Assembly (NCBI GenBank): GCA_051362555.1
Contig: CM120641.1
Span: 11,470,001 to 11,534,000, forward strand
Length of the DNA: 64,000 nucleotides
Reading direction: 5' to 3'
DNA from: Lingula anatina
Lineage: Eukaryota; Animalia; Brachiopoda
Shown: piece after piece, positions 38,340-51,844 of the stretch
Layout of the letters: every line of letters starts with the position of its first letter
How positions within the stretch are numbered: the stretch's first letter is position 1
Notes under the pieces: model-generated
Told to the model about the DNA's origin: nothing
The model's input: only the letters and a program-made list of their open reading frames with translations
Database searches by the model: none
Program-made: the position numbers and the translations under genes

Positions 38340-38870
38340 CTGACAGTCAATGAAAATGCATCATTTATTTATCAAATAATATTTTAAGTTCCTTGGCACG
38401 TTAAGAAAATAACAGCTTTTGTGTGAAATATGACCCATTATTCAGTCACACAAGGTGAGACAAAAGTCAGAAAAGATCATTAAAATGCAAGGTCACATGA
38501 TCAAATCTCTTTGGTTCCACCCAGCCTCCAGCATCCCCAGGGCCCGCAGTTGCTCATTCCAGTGTCAGCTGTGGGATCACTTAACTTTTTTTGTCATGTG
38601 TCATACTGGATTTGGTGACTACCTTAAATAGGCTTAATTAATCACCATATATTGAACCTGATTAATTCATACCAATCACGAAAACGGGAAAAACACGATT
38701 TTGTAACAGCTGATCACAAAATCACTGAAGCCGAAATTTTAAACATCCGAGTGGTCAGCCCACTCTCTTATGACCAAACAAGTGCATATGTACTAGTTTA
38801 TATGGTTGGAAATGATTCTCGGTAAAAAAAGTACAAGAAAGTTTTCTGATGCGTTTTCATTGACTGTCAG
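38340..38870. mobile_element. TA-flanked TIR MITE, long copy
   Basis: TA|CTGACAGTCAATGAAAATGCATCA ... TGATGCGTTTTCATTGACTGTCAG|TA. Confidence 0.85.
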
Positions 38871-39382
38871 TATATATCCGCATGTCCACCATACTAGGTA
38901 ACAACAATGGGACATAGGCAACAAAATTTCAACTTGGCACCAATCTTGTATGCTTGTCACTTAAAATATCTCTCTCAAAGTAAAATTTTCTTTTAAAATT
39001 CTTGGTAATAAACTGCTAATTGACTGCCTAAGTAAAATTTGATTTAGTTTTATTATTGTAGGTATGTTTCTTGACCTACTTTCTCATCTGTATTTATCAG
39101 TATTTGTCAACGTTATCAAAGTGTTGTTTAACGTCTTGCTCAACTGGGTTATATTTCACTTTTTGACATAGTAAAGAAGTTACAAAGATCATTTTGTTTT
39201 TAGTTCTCCATTTAATTTCTGTAGCTCAAAAAGATACATATCATACAAATGCAGTTTCAGAGAGACTATTTGATAATTTAATGATTTTAAAGAAAATGTT
39301 CAAAGATACAGGATTGTGACTTGTATTGGATGGATGCATGGTCTTCTCTATGATATTTAAAAATGTTATCTGTTTATTAATT

Positions 39383-41254
39383 TTATTCCTTTTCATGCCT
39401 TTTCTTCTTTTTCTCAATTTGGCCTAATACTCTGTAAATTTGTTTCTTCACAACTTTCTGCTTTTCTGTCCTTTTCATTTCAATTTTTCTTTTATCCTTC
39501 TCATGCTGCTGTGCACGCTCTCTCATTTGAGAACGTCTTTGCTTCATTTTGTGCTCATGTAATGTCTTCAACATCTTCATTAACTCAGCAACCTAAAAAC
39601 ATGTAAATTATATGTTTAATTAAAAAAACTGGAAAAGATTCAACACAATCACCTTAAAAAATGAAGAGAATTAAAGTAACAACTTTATTGTAGTTAACAC
39701 ATTCCTTTCTGGAGTACATAAGATTTTTTCATATACAATACAGCAATTGTATCAGCACTGATTTTGAACTGGTAAGACAAGCTAAAAGGTTACTTAATGT
39801 TAATCACTATTCAACATACTGCAGCATCTTCAAGGTTTTTGACAAGTTAATGGATAACAACTCTTCATTTTAGCCAAAAAATTAAATTTTCCTGGGGTAA
39901 CAGACAATTTTCCCATACTTACTAATGGATTATTAATCCATGCCTACATTCAAAGTTAGTCTCTGGTTTTTTTCTAAATAGTTTGGTTTTTTGTAATATT
40001 CTCTCACAAATTCCAGAATAATCGTGTTAACTGCTGTTTTGGTGGTAAAATAGCATTTATTATACTTAAATGAGTTGTTTAAATGTATTTATTGTGAAAT
40101 ATGGATATCATACAAACAGTTGTTATCCCTTTATTGTTTGGATACAGATAAAGTGTAACACACGATGTGATGAAAGGCCTTGATACAAACCTTTCTTTCC
40201 TTGGGTTCTCTGACAACTGCTACCCTCTGTGCCTGCACGGGATCCTTCTGTCTTGTGGCTACCTTTGGCTTGTCTTTGAATGGTAAATCACGCTGCAGGT
40301 GCTTGGGTATAACCAAAGGATGAAAACTGCGACCCTTTCTCTCAATGGACTGAAACATGGTAAGCATTTCCTCACTAAGAATTGTGCTTCACAAAAAGTG
40401 CATATGCAAATGCATTACATGTCAAATACATAGCTAAAACTTTACTATGGAAGATACATATACTTGTGCCCTCACAAACTCAATTACGAGATATATTAAT
40501 GCCCTACAAAACAAATCAGGCACAACATTAATGAATCCAAAGTGTCAGCCTAAGCTTTCATAATTTTTCACAAAAACAGTAAAACCAGTACACATTTCAA
40601 TATCAAGATGGTGAAAACTGAGAACCAAATGTTGTCATGAGGACAGGTTGAGATGTACCTTATAGGAAGAATCTGGATTGGCCTCTGCTTTTATCCCCTT
40701 CTCCCTCTTCAGCTGTCCCAATGTCTTCATGCCTTCCCACTGACTCCTCTGTTGTAGGGGAAGGAGGAGGGTGGTGAGAGGGTTGTAAAACTTTGGTACC
40801 TCAACACGGTACCATGTTCGCACGAATACAATGTCTGAAATTTAATGTCATTTTAGCTCAATGCTTTGCATTATCTCAGTTATGACCATGTAGACAAATA
40901 TTAAAATTCTCTGGCAGAAATAAACATTTTTGGTAAAGACTAAATTTTTGTTTTCAGACCTGCTAGAAATATTAAAATTTCAAACATCTAACCAAAGCTG
41001 AACATCTCGACACAAATAACTGACAAACTATTTACAGAGCTAATCACACAACTAACCACTCAATAAGAGTTTGTCCTCAAAAGTTGCTCTAAAAGCTCCC
41101 TCAGGTGTGCGAACTGGTTTCTTTATCTGGCCACGGATGCCGCTAACAGCACGGATGCTGGCACCTTCAAATTTGGACACTTCCAGTGCAGAGTTAAACA
41201 TGCCCTGAAATAGTCAATAGACCCACTTAACATGAAGTAAAACTTCTCATATTG

Positions 41255-41307
<53 letters not shown>

Positions 41308-44300
41308 AGACTACATTTCACATATCAAAATTTTCAGTACAAAATGTTTCTAATTTCAGTAAGATTGATTTTTCACAAGAAGGCTTCAATAATACATTCT
41401 ACTGGCTAAGATGATGCTGTAGTAACAGTAATAACTGAATATAATAGGCAGGCAACAACAGTTGAGCTGTAAAAGCATCAGAACAGGGTCTTTCTTAGCA
41501 GTGGCTACCTTCAGTATTCAGCTAGGACAAACATGTAGCACAAACAGCATGCATTTCATTTTGATATATCCCGATTTTAGTTCATAAATGGTTGGAATCA
41601 TTTAGAAACAGTCTATATTAAAACTAGCATATCAGACCAGTTCGGCTTGGCTGAAACCCCTTTTTCTGTCTATTTTTGTACTTGTTCTCTGTTTAAAAAA
41701 TGCCTGTTACTGACCTTGATAAATGCAGTCTTTTTATAGATCTTGTAGGGAGTTCCTGTGAGTTTAAGCTTCTTCACAACAGTCACAGATTTGTCCAGCT
41801 CCAACACAACTCCAGTTGCTGCTATTCTGAAGTCTGGCTAGTAAATGTAATAAAGACAAATAAATGGTCTCCTCAGTGTTGTCTCAAAAAGCATGTCTGG
41901 TATTTTATTTGTAAAATTAAGGTGAGCCATGAAAAATACTGAATGTATATGCTGTAAACTACTTATTGTTATTTAAAACTTTGAAACTTTGTTTATCTTT
42001 TAAAATATAGAAAGAAAATATAGTAAAAACAGTAATTGGAATCCATGATGTATTAAAGCACCCCTAATCATATGTATAGCTATATACACATCGTCCTTTG
42101 AATGAATCAGCTCTCAGGATTGCCTGGAAGTTCTCAGTGGTACTAGATTTGTCAAATTTATCAGACACCTGAAAGTGCATTCATTTTCAACAATGTACCA
42201 AGTATGTAGAAAATATGACCACTAATCAAGTAGTGTCCAGTCTACTCACAGTGCCAGCTACTGTCTGGACAGCCAAGAAACCAGTGCCCTGGGGGGTGAT
42301 GGGACCTGCAATACAAACACTGGGCAGATAAAACTCTAGACACTTGGTTGATCTTAGTTGTCAACGAATAAATTATTTTAAGAGAAAACTTTGACAATGA
42401 TACATTTATCCCCTGCACCACTGCAGAGCTGTATTTGTACAGTAAACATCAAAGTTAGAAGTCACTGGAATTCCCTATGTACTAATAACTTGAAACAACA
42501 GACAAGAATAATAATATTTTTAACCTTGGTGGTTAGTTTAAACAGATACACAGATTGGTGCTTTTAGTGGAACATAGTGTTATGTATTTATAATTACAAA
42601 TGGGCCTAAAAAGACTGGGAAGATCAATATGAAGTGCTACTGACCCCAAATACTAGCAGTACAATGCATGTGTTCAGGCGTATACTTCAGCAGCCTCTGC
42701 CTCATGTTGTGATCCTGAATAGAGTACAGAGGAATGGTTTGGAACCTACGCCAACCCAAGGAAATAATGAGAGGGTCCTTGGTCTTCAAAATCTTCTTAT
42801 GCCACCTGTGTTTCTTAACTCTTAGCTGAAAAAATAAACATTAATGTTTTGACACAATAGTAATGACTCAGAAATGTATGTATTGACATAAAGTAAAGTT
42901 GAACTATATACTAATGGGTTCTATATAGTGCTGTCAAGAATAAGTAAAACAAACATCAAAACCCACTTTAATCTTAATAGAAATGTGCACAAAACAACAA
43001 AACTTTTATGTAAGTTATTCTTTGAAATATACCTACTGATACATGGTAGTTTGTGGAGTTTGAAAATGAAGGAGTATTCATTAATGCAAAAACACCCAGT
43101 TGTGAGTCACTGCAGGTATAGTAACCTTAAACATGAACATAAAAAGTGTTAAGGAGTGCTATACAGCCTGCCCTGATCATCGACTTACATTGACATAACC
43201 AATAGTGTCCTCTGCACTTAGTAAAGCACCAAGGATGACTGGGTATGTTGGGTCAAAATGGTCAATAAATTCACAGGGCATGTTGTCCAGCTGCACACGC
43301 ACATACAGCCCTGGTCTAAAGCCTTCATACTGCACCCTCAAGTCTTCATCTAGGTTCTCAAACTCAGCTCGGTTTAACTAAAAGGAAATAATAGCTGTTG
43401 GCAGATTTTTTTATTTAAGATGAGAGAAAGTTTGTTTCAACAAATAATATGCTATTTTTACAAATGGTCCACTCCTCACTGATCCTCACATTAATATATC
43501 TAACTGACCCTGCTTCAACATATAGTGTAAATAGAGGTAATGGTCCAGGGGAAGAAGGCTGTAAATGAAATAAGATAAATTTTCACATCTATGACCCACT
43601 TGGGTAAAATGGTAAGATTTTACACCATACACACACACAGGCTCATTTAGCTATACAAATCGTAAGAGTTGACTTAATACCCCTTGAAATATGGTTGTGG
43701 TTGGTGTCCATATAACTACGTGCTACTACTGTCACCTGTGCTTGCTGCTCCATTTCACTTCTCCACTCGTCATAAAAAGATTCTTCACCACCTCCGCCAC
43801 TTGCATCGTACTCCGCATCAAACATGGCTTTCAATTTGCGTTTCTTTTCTGCACGTTTGTCCAGTGCTTTTTGCTTCCTTTCTTCCTTAGTCATGTCGCG
43901 TTTCATTTTAGGTTTTTCCACATCTGCAATAGAATAAATATATATTTACACATACTTACATGAAAACATGTAGATATAGATACACAACGGATATAAGGAA
44001 AATTGGAAATACATATGGTAATATATCCAATTTTCACCCAAAGACATGCAACAGAGTTAGCAATCAATACAGAACTTTCCTTAGGGTAATGAATACATCA
44101 TGTTAGTACTTGTATTTGTGGGCAACACAGGTTATTAAGTAGTACTTGTATTCGTGGGCAATGCAGGTTAAGTAGCTACCAAAAAGCAGGAATAATCTGA
44201 ACAAATGTGTACTGCATTTGTACATAAAGAATACAGAGTTCAATGAACTTCAAAGTACAATGTACCTTTATCTTCACCTCCACCACCATCTTCTGCATCT

Positions 44301-47300
44301 TCTTCTTCCTCCTCATCTTCTTGCTGATGGTCCTCCATGACTTCACCCGTCTCAAGGTCTTCAAATGCCCCATACAAATCATCTGTAATGTAACACACAG
44401 GTTTCAAAACAAACAATGCAGAAAACATTAAAATGGTAGGATATCAAACTTTTATTCAAACTGACATACATAGTCATATGTGAATATTTTTAAACATTAC
44501 ATAATGGCAGTATAAATGTAACTTACCATCTTGATCCAGTAAAGCCTTGGCATCTTCACTTTTGTCCCACTTTCCAGTAACAAAGCAGTCCTGGATGCTC
44601 TCCAACAGCTAATCAGAGAGATGAAATCAGAGATAATCAGCACGCTAATACAGGACACAACACTTAATACTATCTCTAAATCTTGTGAGAGTGGATTGCT
44701 TAGTAACCATGTGTTAAGTAAAAAAAATATAAGTACCTAACAAAAAAAAAAAAAACTTTGTGACAACACCTTGTAGCCTCTACCAATTTTGACCACTGCA
44801 TTTTTATTTTATAATATGTCGTTTGCTTTCCTAAAACATTTATGTTTGCACATTTACACCCCAATTCCAACACCAACTACTACTGCAAACCTATTCATCA
44901 AGGTTAACTCATTTGTACTTTTCACATGTACATTCCATATTTGGGTAAGACCAAACACAATTTTAACTTCGATCTAATGATACAAAGTTCATATCTTTTT
45001 AGGAGTTGTACCTCTTGAATATTCCATTCCTGGTTTTGTCCAGTAGCATCTCTTGAGCAATCAAAGCCATCAATTCCTTTTCTCTGATCTTTTTTCTTCT
45101 TAGAAATCTTAAAAAGGCCACCCACTTCCCCCTCCTCTTCAGATTCACCATCATAGTCTTCACTTTCTGAAACAAAATGAAATAAGAATTTAACAAAGAA
45201 ATTTAACAGTACAGACATCTAAATTTTATAACCATATGGGCAATGATGTTATAATATTGTATATATCATTATCACACTCAGGAAAGAAGAAGAAAGACAG
45301 AGAAGACCTCCTGTAAAAAAAGAGTGGAAACCTTGGTGAGTAAAAGCAGAACTTGTCAGGAAGACTTGACAAAAGTGAAATTCCCTTAGTTGGATATATT
45401 TCTGATTGTATAACAGTCAGTAAATTTACTTCTATCAAGATTAATTCAAAATTTGGCACAATGAATAATTATTAACTGTAAGTAAAAATTAATGAAATTC
45501 ACTAACTCACCGTGTCCATACACAATTTTCCTCCAATTGGTTTGTTTATTCTTAAGAAATGATTGGGATGCTTTTTCTGCAATGTTTTCTTTCCACCGCA
45601 ACAGTCCTTTTAAAAACACATGCGAAAAAGCAATTTCATAATTCTATTCAAATCTCCAATTCTTTCATCCAACAAAACAGAATTATTTTTAAAAACTATG
45701 AAAGTTTTGAGATAAAAAATGGTATCTTAACTTCATTTTGAAATCAATTAATATTTTTTGTCAATGTGGAGACAACTGGGTATTCCAACCTATAGTAAAA
45801 CATTTCATTTGCACATTCTATTCCAACCTGTAATAAAAGTCCTTTATTACCTTCTATTAACAAGTCAAAAATGCAATTCAAGACAAGACTACAACCATAC
45901 CAGATTCTTCATTCAGATTATCCTCCCTAGCATCATAATCTTCTTTTTCTTGATACTCTTCATCATCTTCATCTTCCTCACTACCATCTTCAGCACCATT
46001 ACCGACATGTTCACCACATTCATTATCTGAAGAGTCTTGTTTTTCATCTATTCTGTCATTCAATCCATATTTTTCTTCTCTGGATCCTTTCCTGTGTGTA
46101 ACCTGTTCTTGTTCACTAACCTTAGTCCTCTTTTTTCTTTTTTCCACAACACCATCATCTATTTCAGTAGATTCCATTTCAGAATCAGTTTCTGAATCAG
46201 CTTTATAATTGATTTCAACATCCATGTGCTGTCCTCCTCCTGTTCCACGACTACTACTTGAACTATTTATATTTGATTGTTTTCTTGGTGTATTCTTTTT
46301 TTCAGCTACAGGTGTAAACAACTGAAAATTTTCTTCTAGGTCATCATCACTATCAGCAAATGCCACGTTTTCCTCTTCTCCATCCTGGAAGATAAAATAT
46401 TTAGCAGTTTAAAGTATGCTTATATAACAGCATTGCCATCTAGAAGCAGAATGAACAGTAACTATTAAGTAAATTCAGCAGAAAATGTCAGGAATTATCT
46501 GGAATTACAAGCTGAAATGGAAATGCATATACCATTTTCCTTTTCTTTGCTGATCTTGTAAACATCTCTGTTTTGAGAGCTCCAGGTTTACTGAAATCTT
46601 CCTCTGTTTCATCCTGCTCCTCATCCCCATCTGTATCCTCATCATCACCTCCAACGTCATCATCACTATCTTCATCCTCTTCATCATCATCATCATCTTT
46701 ATCCTCTTCATCGTCCTCTTCATCATCTGTATTTTCACCAAAGACTGCTTTTCTTCTGTCTCTGCCATTTACTGCATCAGCCACAGTTTTCTCTTCCTGC
46801 TGTCCAGATAGGTTCATTCTATTAAAACAAAAGAACACCAAATTTGTTCAACAGCTTTTTCCTTCATACATTTAACCACTATATAAATATCAGATTTAGT
46901 CACAAAATGGTTGTATGAAGTACACCTTAACAGGTATATGTCAGGTTTTTGCTCTTAAAGGGATCATAAAACCATTTTATTTTTGCCATTTATTTTGAAA
47001 TCCTATCCAGCTGCCCAGATGCCACCCACCTGTGTATGTCAGCCTCTGTGAGTGGTGCTGCATTCTTGAACAGAGTTAACTCACTGGTGGCCATCTTGTC
47101 CTCGAGGGTCTTCATCGGGTTCTTCATGGTAGCAACTAATTCATTGATGGGAGCATCCTCCTAAATCATGACAAAAAATGAAAGAGAAATTTCAGGAGGG
47201 CTACTAATTACCATTTATAATTCTTTCTCCTAGTTGTAAGTCAATTATTGAGTTGGATTCAATGTTTTATGCCATTTCTAATGTAATGACTTAGTTGACT

Positions 47301-50300
47301 GGCCATTCATAAGACATTCTGTGCATTTAAGACATCAGGTACTTTTCTTTTAGTTTGGATTTTTTTAATTCTTTTACGGTCAATGTAGGTACAGAAAATA
47401 TAACTTTGAGACATTTTCAACAGAGAATATAATATAATATACTCTGTCAAATCACTGTTTAAACTTGCTTACCTCCACTGCCTGCTGAGTATGAGAATGG
47501 CTACCACCTAGGTCAATGTACACTGCATCTTTGTCATAAACTATTCCTCCCACACCTGACATAGGGGCATAAATCAAACGTTCACTTTCATTCAGGGAGC
47601 GTCGGTTTTCCCTCTCAGGCAGAGGACAGGGGTCTGGGAGGAAACTGATGTCTTTTACAGAAAAGTCTCCCGCTCCTATGCAGAAGATATTAAAGACCAG
47701 ATGAAAATGTGTGCTTGTGTAGAAAAAGCATATCTATCCAAAAACCCAAAATTCAATTTGTCTATTCAGCAAACTTTAACATGTAATCCAACCATTTGTT
47801 TCAAATGTTATAAGCAGTAACCATTTTTTAAATATGCATTTAAAAACAAAAATCAAAAATTTTGTTTCTCTCATTTTTAGCATCATAGCATAATGATCAT
47901 TCACAAATACACCAGATAAAATTCCACTTTCAAGTTCACAGCAGTTCTTCTAAATATTTTCAGTTCTCCAGAAGTTCATTATTTTATTAATTATTCACAA
48001 ACATACAAAATTCAAATGCCACTAGATCATTTTCATGATTACAAAAGACCTTTCTCAACATCACTTACCTGGCAGGTGGACGTTACAGTTGCTCTTAAAG
48101 TGTGTTCCCCTCACATAGCCATATAAACAAACTGTCCTGTCACACTTGGCATTCTGTCTGATGAGTTCAGGATCCGTCAGATCCTCCATTCTATCAGAGT
48201 AAGAGAAAAATTTAATACACATTTTAATAGGTCAATCTTACTAGCACTACGTTCATTGATTTCTCATGTGACCAGTGCTAATGCAGGAGACTATCCCATG
48301 TCTCAATATAAACTTCTGTTTAACTTGTTTCCTGTCATCTTTTTGTAGATAGGGATGTGTGTCGTTTTCTGTTACCTGTCAGCTGTGATAGTGAAGTGTG
48401 TACATATTTTTTGTCAGTTAGGCAACATTGATTTGTGTTAATTTTCTATTACCTGTCAGCTAGTAGATAGGGATGGGTGGTTCTCCAATGTAATGGTCGA
48501 AACTTCATCACAGAAATAAACCTCCCAAGGTTGTGAACTTCAGTTTTCTGGTATTCGCCATTCACCATTCCAGACAGGTAGAAAAGTTTTGCTCCCTGAA
48601 ATGTAACATACTCCTCATAATTGAAATGTTCCTTGAACAAAACATGTATGTTATGTGTTTAACATGTTCATTAAAAAACTTCAATTTGGTGAATGTTTAC
48701 TCAAGACTATTACTAAATAAAATGTTGAAACTAATCAAATAGTCATTTCACAATTTGTTAGCATTACATCCTTTATGGAGTGGTACCTGATAAATTTCAG
48801 TCCAAAACCTATGTTTCAGCCTTTTCTTTGTCTTCCTCAGTTTCTTGGTATTCCTGAACATGTCCAGGTGAGTCAATACTCCCATGATCTTTGGGAAACC
48901 ATGAACTTGGCAAATATTCAAAAATTCAAATGTTTCCATTTCAAACCCAAAACTTGCATCTATGAGCAGAAGCACCTGAAGATCAAGTTACAATATCTTT
49001 ATCTCTATTTTCAAACAAATAACATGTTTGCATAAACTTCATTGTTAGGTACAGATATTGTGTACATTTTCAAATAAAATGTTGTAAATATTGAAAATAG
49101 GCAGGAAATTTTATCATAAAGTTTGTTAAAAAAATACTGTGGTCTGTAATTAGTACAACATTATTCGTAATTCTTATTAAAGCACATTACCAAGTCTGCC
49201 ACTTTAGCCACATCTATCATGGAATTGACATCATTATTGCACTCCAACAAAGTAAGTCTTCTTTTCTTGCCTAAAATCAATTAAAATTCTGAATTAGAAT
49301 GCAGAAATCATTTTGCAAAATCTTAGATATTGTACGTATACAGTTTAATTTGCTTATGGGTAAGAAAAAATCTACTGCACTTAAAATATCAAAATACAAC
49401 TTCTCTCTTTCTTCCAATTTGCTCTTTGCAACTTTTGAAGGAAAAATAAATTTTGACAATTATAATTATCATATCATTTTTTCAGTTGGAAAACAAACTT
49501 ACGAAAAAAATTGCTATTGCCCTGAAAATTTACTGGTTGAAGTAAAATTATAAATTATAACCGGTTTACAGAATAAGAGCTGACCATGCATACCTGACAC
49601 AATGGTAACAGGGCCCTGGACACTTGTCAGTTTTTGTTTTGTGAAGTTCTTTATCAAGCAACTGAGAAGTGTAGTTTTCCCAACTTTAGGTGGACCTACT
49701 ACAGCTACTACAACTGGCGGAGGCTCTACAGGGGTCCTGTCTACTTCTGGGATATGGGTCTTCTTGGTGTGGATGTCTAGGGTCCTGGAATAAGGTCAAT
49801 AACTGCATGATGTCACAAGACATGCATGAAAACTAACTGCCAGTACTTCTTCTCATGCATTATAAATTTTCTTTAATTTTCAATTATTAAACGTGTGGTT
49901 CAAGGGTATGACTTGTCTCTGTGTATATACACTACCAGCCATGTATTTGCACACGTTGGTCCAATAACATATCTAGAATTTCACTCTTTTAGTACAATGC
50001 ACAATAAGAGCATGGAATCAAATTCCAAATTAACAGCCAAATAACAGAGTTATGATGTGAATCTGGCTCAAACTTCATCACTGCCACCAAACAGTGAAAA
50101 TGTACAAGCTGAGTCCATAGTCTGTCAGGTTTTGGGATATACCAGCGTTTGCACTTCAAGATCATCTGCAGGTGATGACCAAATATTCAGCAACATATTA
50201 CAATAAATCCCCTTTCTATGTTAGTTAAGGCAATTGAACATAGGCTCTAGTACTGCACAGTCAACTGCTAAAAATATGAACTCCAAATAATAATTTACTT

Positions 50301-50587
50301 TAAAAATTGAAGAATTGCCACAGTTATGTGCACTTTTCAAAATACATATGATATGATATGCATGAGTACTACTGAGAAGTTCTTATTTCTAAATTTCATC
50401 AGAAAAAATATCATCAACTTTACCTTTTCACGGACTTGGCTACTTTGTTGACAGAGTGGAAACCAAAAGCTTTGGGGTTTCTCTGTTGAGCTGTCAGCTC
50501 CTGTTCATGTTTGTTTTTGGCTTTCTTTTTATCTGCTTTAGGACCACTGTGACGAAGTCGGTGTGGTTTCCTTGAATCTTCATCCAT
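39383..50587 (-). CDS. BMS1: Ribosome biogenesis GTPase BMS1
   Basis: Multi-exon gene. First coding exon 50424-50587 ([22 protein letters not shown]...RNPKAF). P-loop [11 protein letters not shown] in 49594-49784, then [38 protein letters not shown], an acidic linker, [65 protein letters not shown] and the last exon at ~39383-39592. Confidence 0.97.
39851..40130. mobile_element. Kolobok-like MITE, copy 2 (last BMS1 intron)
   Basis: Aligns with 4120-4455 (CAATTTTCCCATACTTAC.AATGG, TACATTCAAAGTTAGT, GATATCATAC...TTATCCCTTTA). Confidence 0.8.
50106..50189 (-). repeat. 84-bp element, copy in the BMS1 intron after the first coding exon
   Basis: Reverse complement of 51896-51979 with 4 transitions and no indels. 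Confidence 0.95.
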
Positions 50588-50875
50588 ATTGTCCTGGAAA
50601 TAACCAAACATTGAAAGAGTTTATTGGAATCTCCTACTAATCTAATGCATTCTTGGAGCAAGCAGTAGTACATTATTACTCAGAGGTTCCAGTAACTGTT
50701 TAAATAATGCCACTACACTGCTCCATCACTGGCACTATTAGCACTATACAGTCTGTAGTACACTGTAGTAGTAGTACTACTAATAAAATGTAGTAGCCAA
50801 TATTGGCAAATGACGGTATTCAACGTGCTTGTACATAGTGCGGAACATCAGTACAGTAAAACCAGTAGTGCTCAC

Positions 50876-51270
50876 CTTTGTAAATAAATATCGTATTCCT
50901 TTGAAGCTTGAGATTTACACATACATTTATGACATATCTATTTACAACCCTGCACTAAAATAAACTACACGCGACGACTAACACATGGCTCGCTCTTCCA
51001 CATTTTGGGTTTAACAAAAATATGGAAGATTTGTACAACAAAAACACAAAACACTAATTAAACTAATATGTTAATATTAAATGTTAAACGAATGAGAAAA
51101 TAACTGTGAAGCTTCTCCTTTAAAGAAAAGTATGTGGTTTTAATTCAAAACTTTGAGAAATTATTTTTGGATTGAACGTTATTCTAATTCGTTCCAGCAT
51201 AATTCAAGTTTTATTCAACATCCGGTTCTCTTTTTTCGGTCTTTTCCGGTGCATTCTCTACTGTCCTAAG
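50876..51270. promoter_or_regulatory. Shared divergent promoter region of BMS1/RPL38 with a TCT/TOP pyrimidine tract
   Basis: A BMS1 non-coding exon donor (AAG|GTGAG on -) is at 50875. The tract TTCTCTTTTTTCGGTCTTTTCC at 51226-51247 upstream of RPL38 is typical of ribosomal-protein TCT/5'TOP starts. The TSS positions are inferred. Confidence 0.65.
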
Positions 51271-51844
51271 GTCTGTTGGCAGAACACTTTAAATCTAGTA
51301 TCATCCTGTCCCTCATGAAGCTGGATTAAGGCATCTTGCTTTATTTTGTGAAATATATATAATTATTCTTTCAAAACGTATCATTTGCACTCCACAAATG
51401 CGGCAACTTTTCTTGTTATTTATGTTTAGAGAGACGTAACTAGGAATATTGACTGTACGCGAGTAGACTATGTGGTTAATGTAAAGTCCCTACTCATAGA
51501 TATATCAGGTGGATTAGAATACAACTAGCATTCGCTGACTGTTCAGTCTTTTGATAGGTCTTGTATCCCTTTTTGTCTGAATGCAGTTATAACATACAGT
51601 TGCTGTAGACCGTGGCGTGCAAAAAGCTACCTACCTACTGAAATTTCCAAGACTGCAAAAAACGTTTAGATATCGAATCTCAACACCTGTGCATGTGAGG
51701 TCTGTGTTTGATAAAATGTCTAGCTGGAATATTTAACACCAATCGGTCTAGCTTTTAAGTGACATAAGTGAGTTTGATTTTTGGTAATTTGACAACATAT
51801 TTAAGAATTTTTTTTTTCATTTCAGAAGCGACAGAAATTGCAAG

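Noticed and set aside
41259-41306. Long poly(A) runs (also 10599-10630) as retrocopy tails
   Set aside because: No adjacent retroelement body or TSD. They read as intronic poly(T) on the coding strand.
45280-45340. Exon-like purine-rich segment (CAG|GAAAG...TTG|GTGAGT) antisense within a BMS1 intron
   Set aside because: It has a poor polypyrimidine tract and no partner exons were found.
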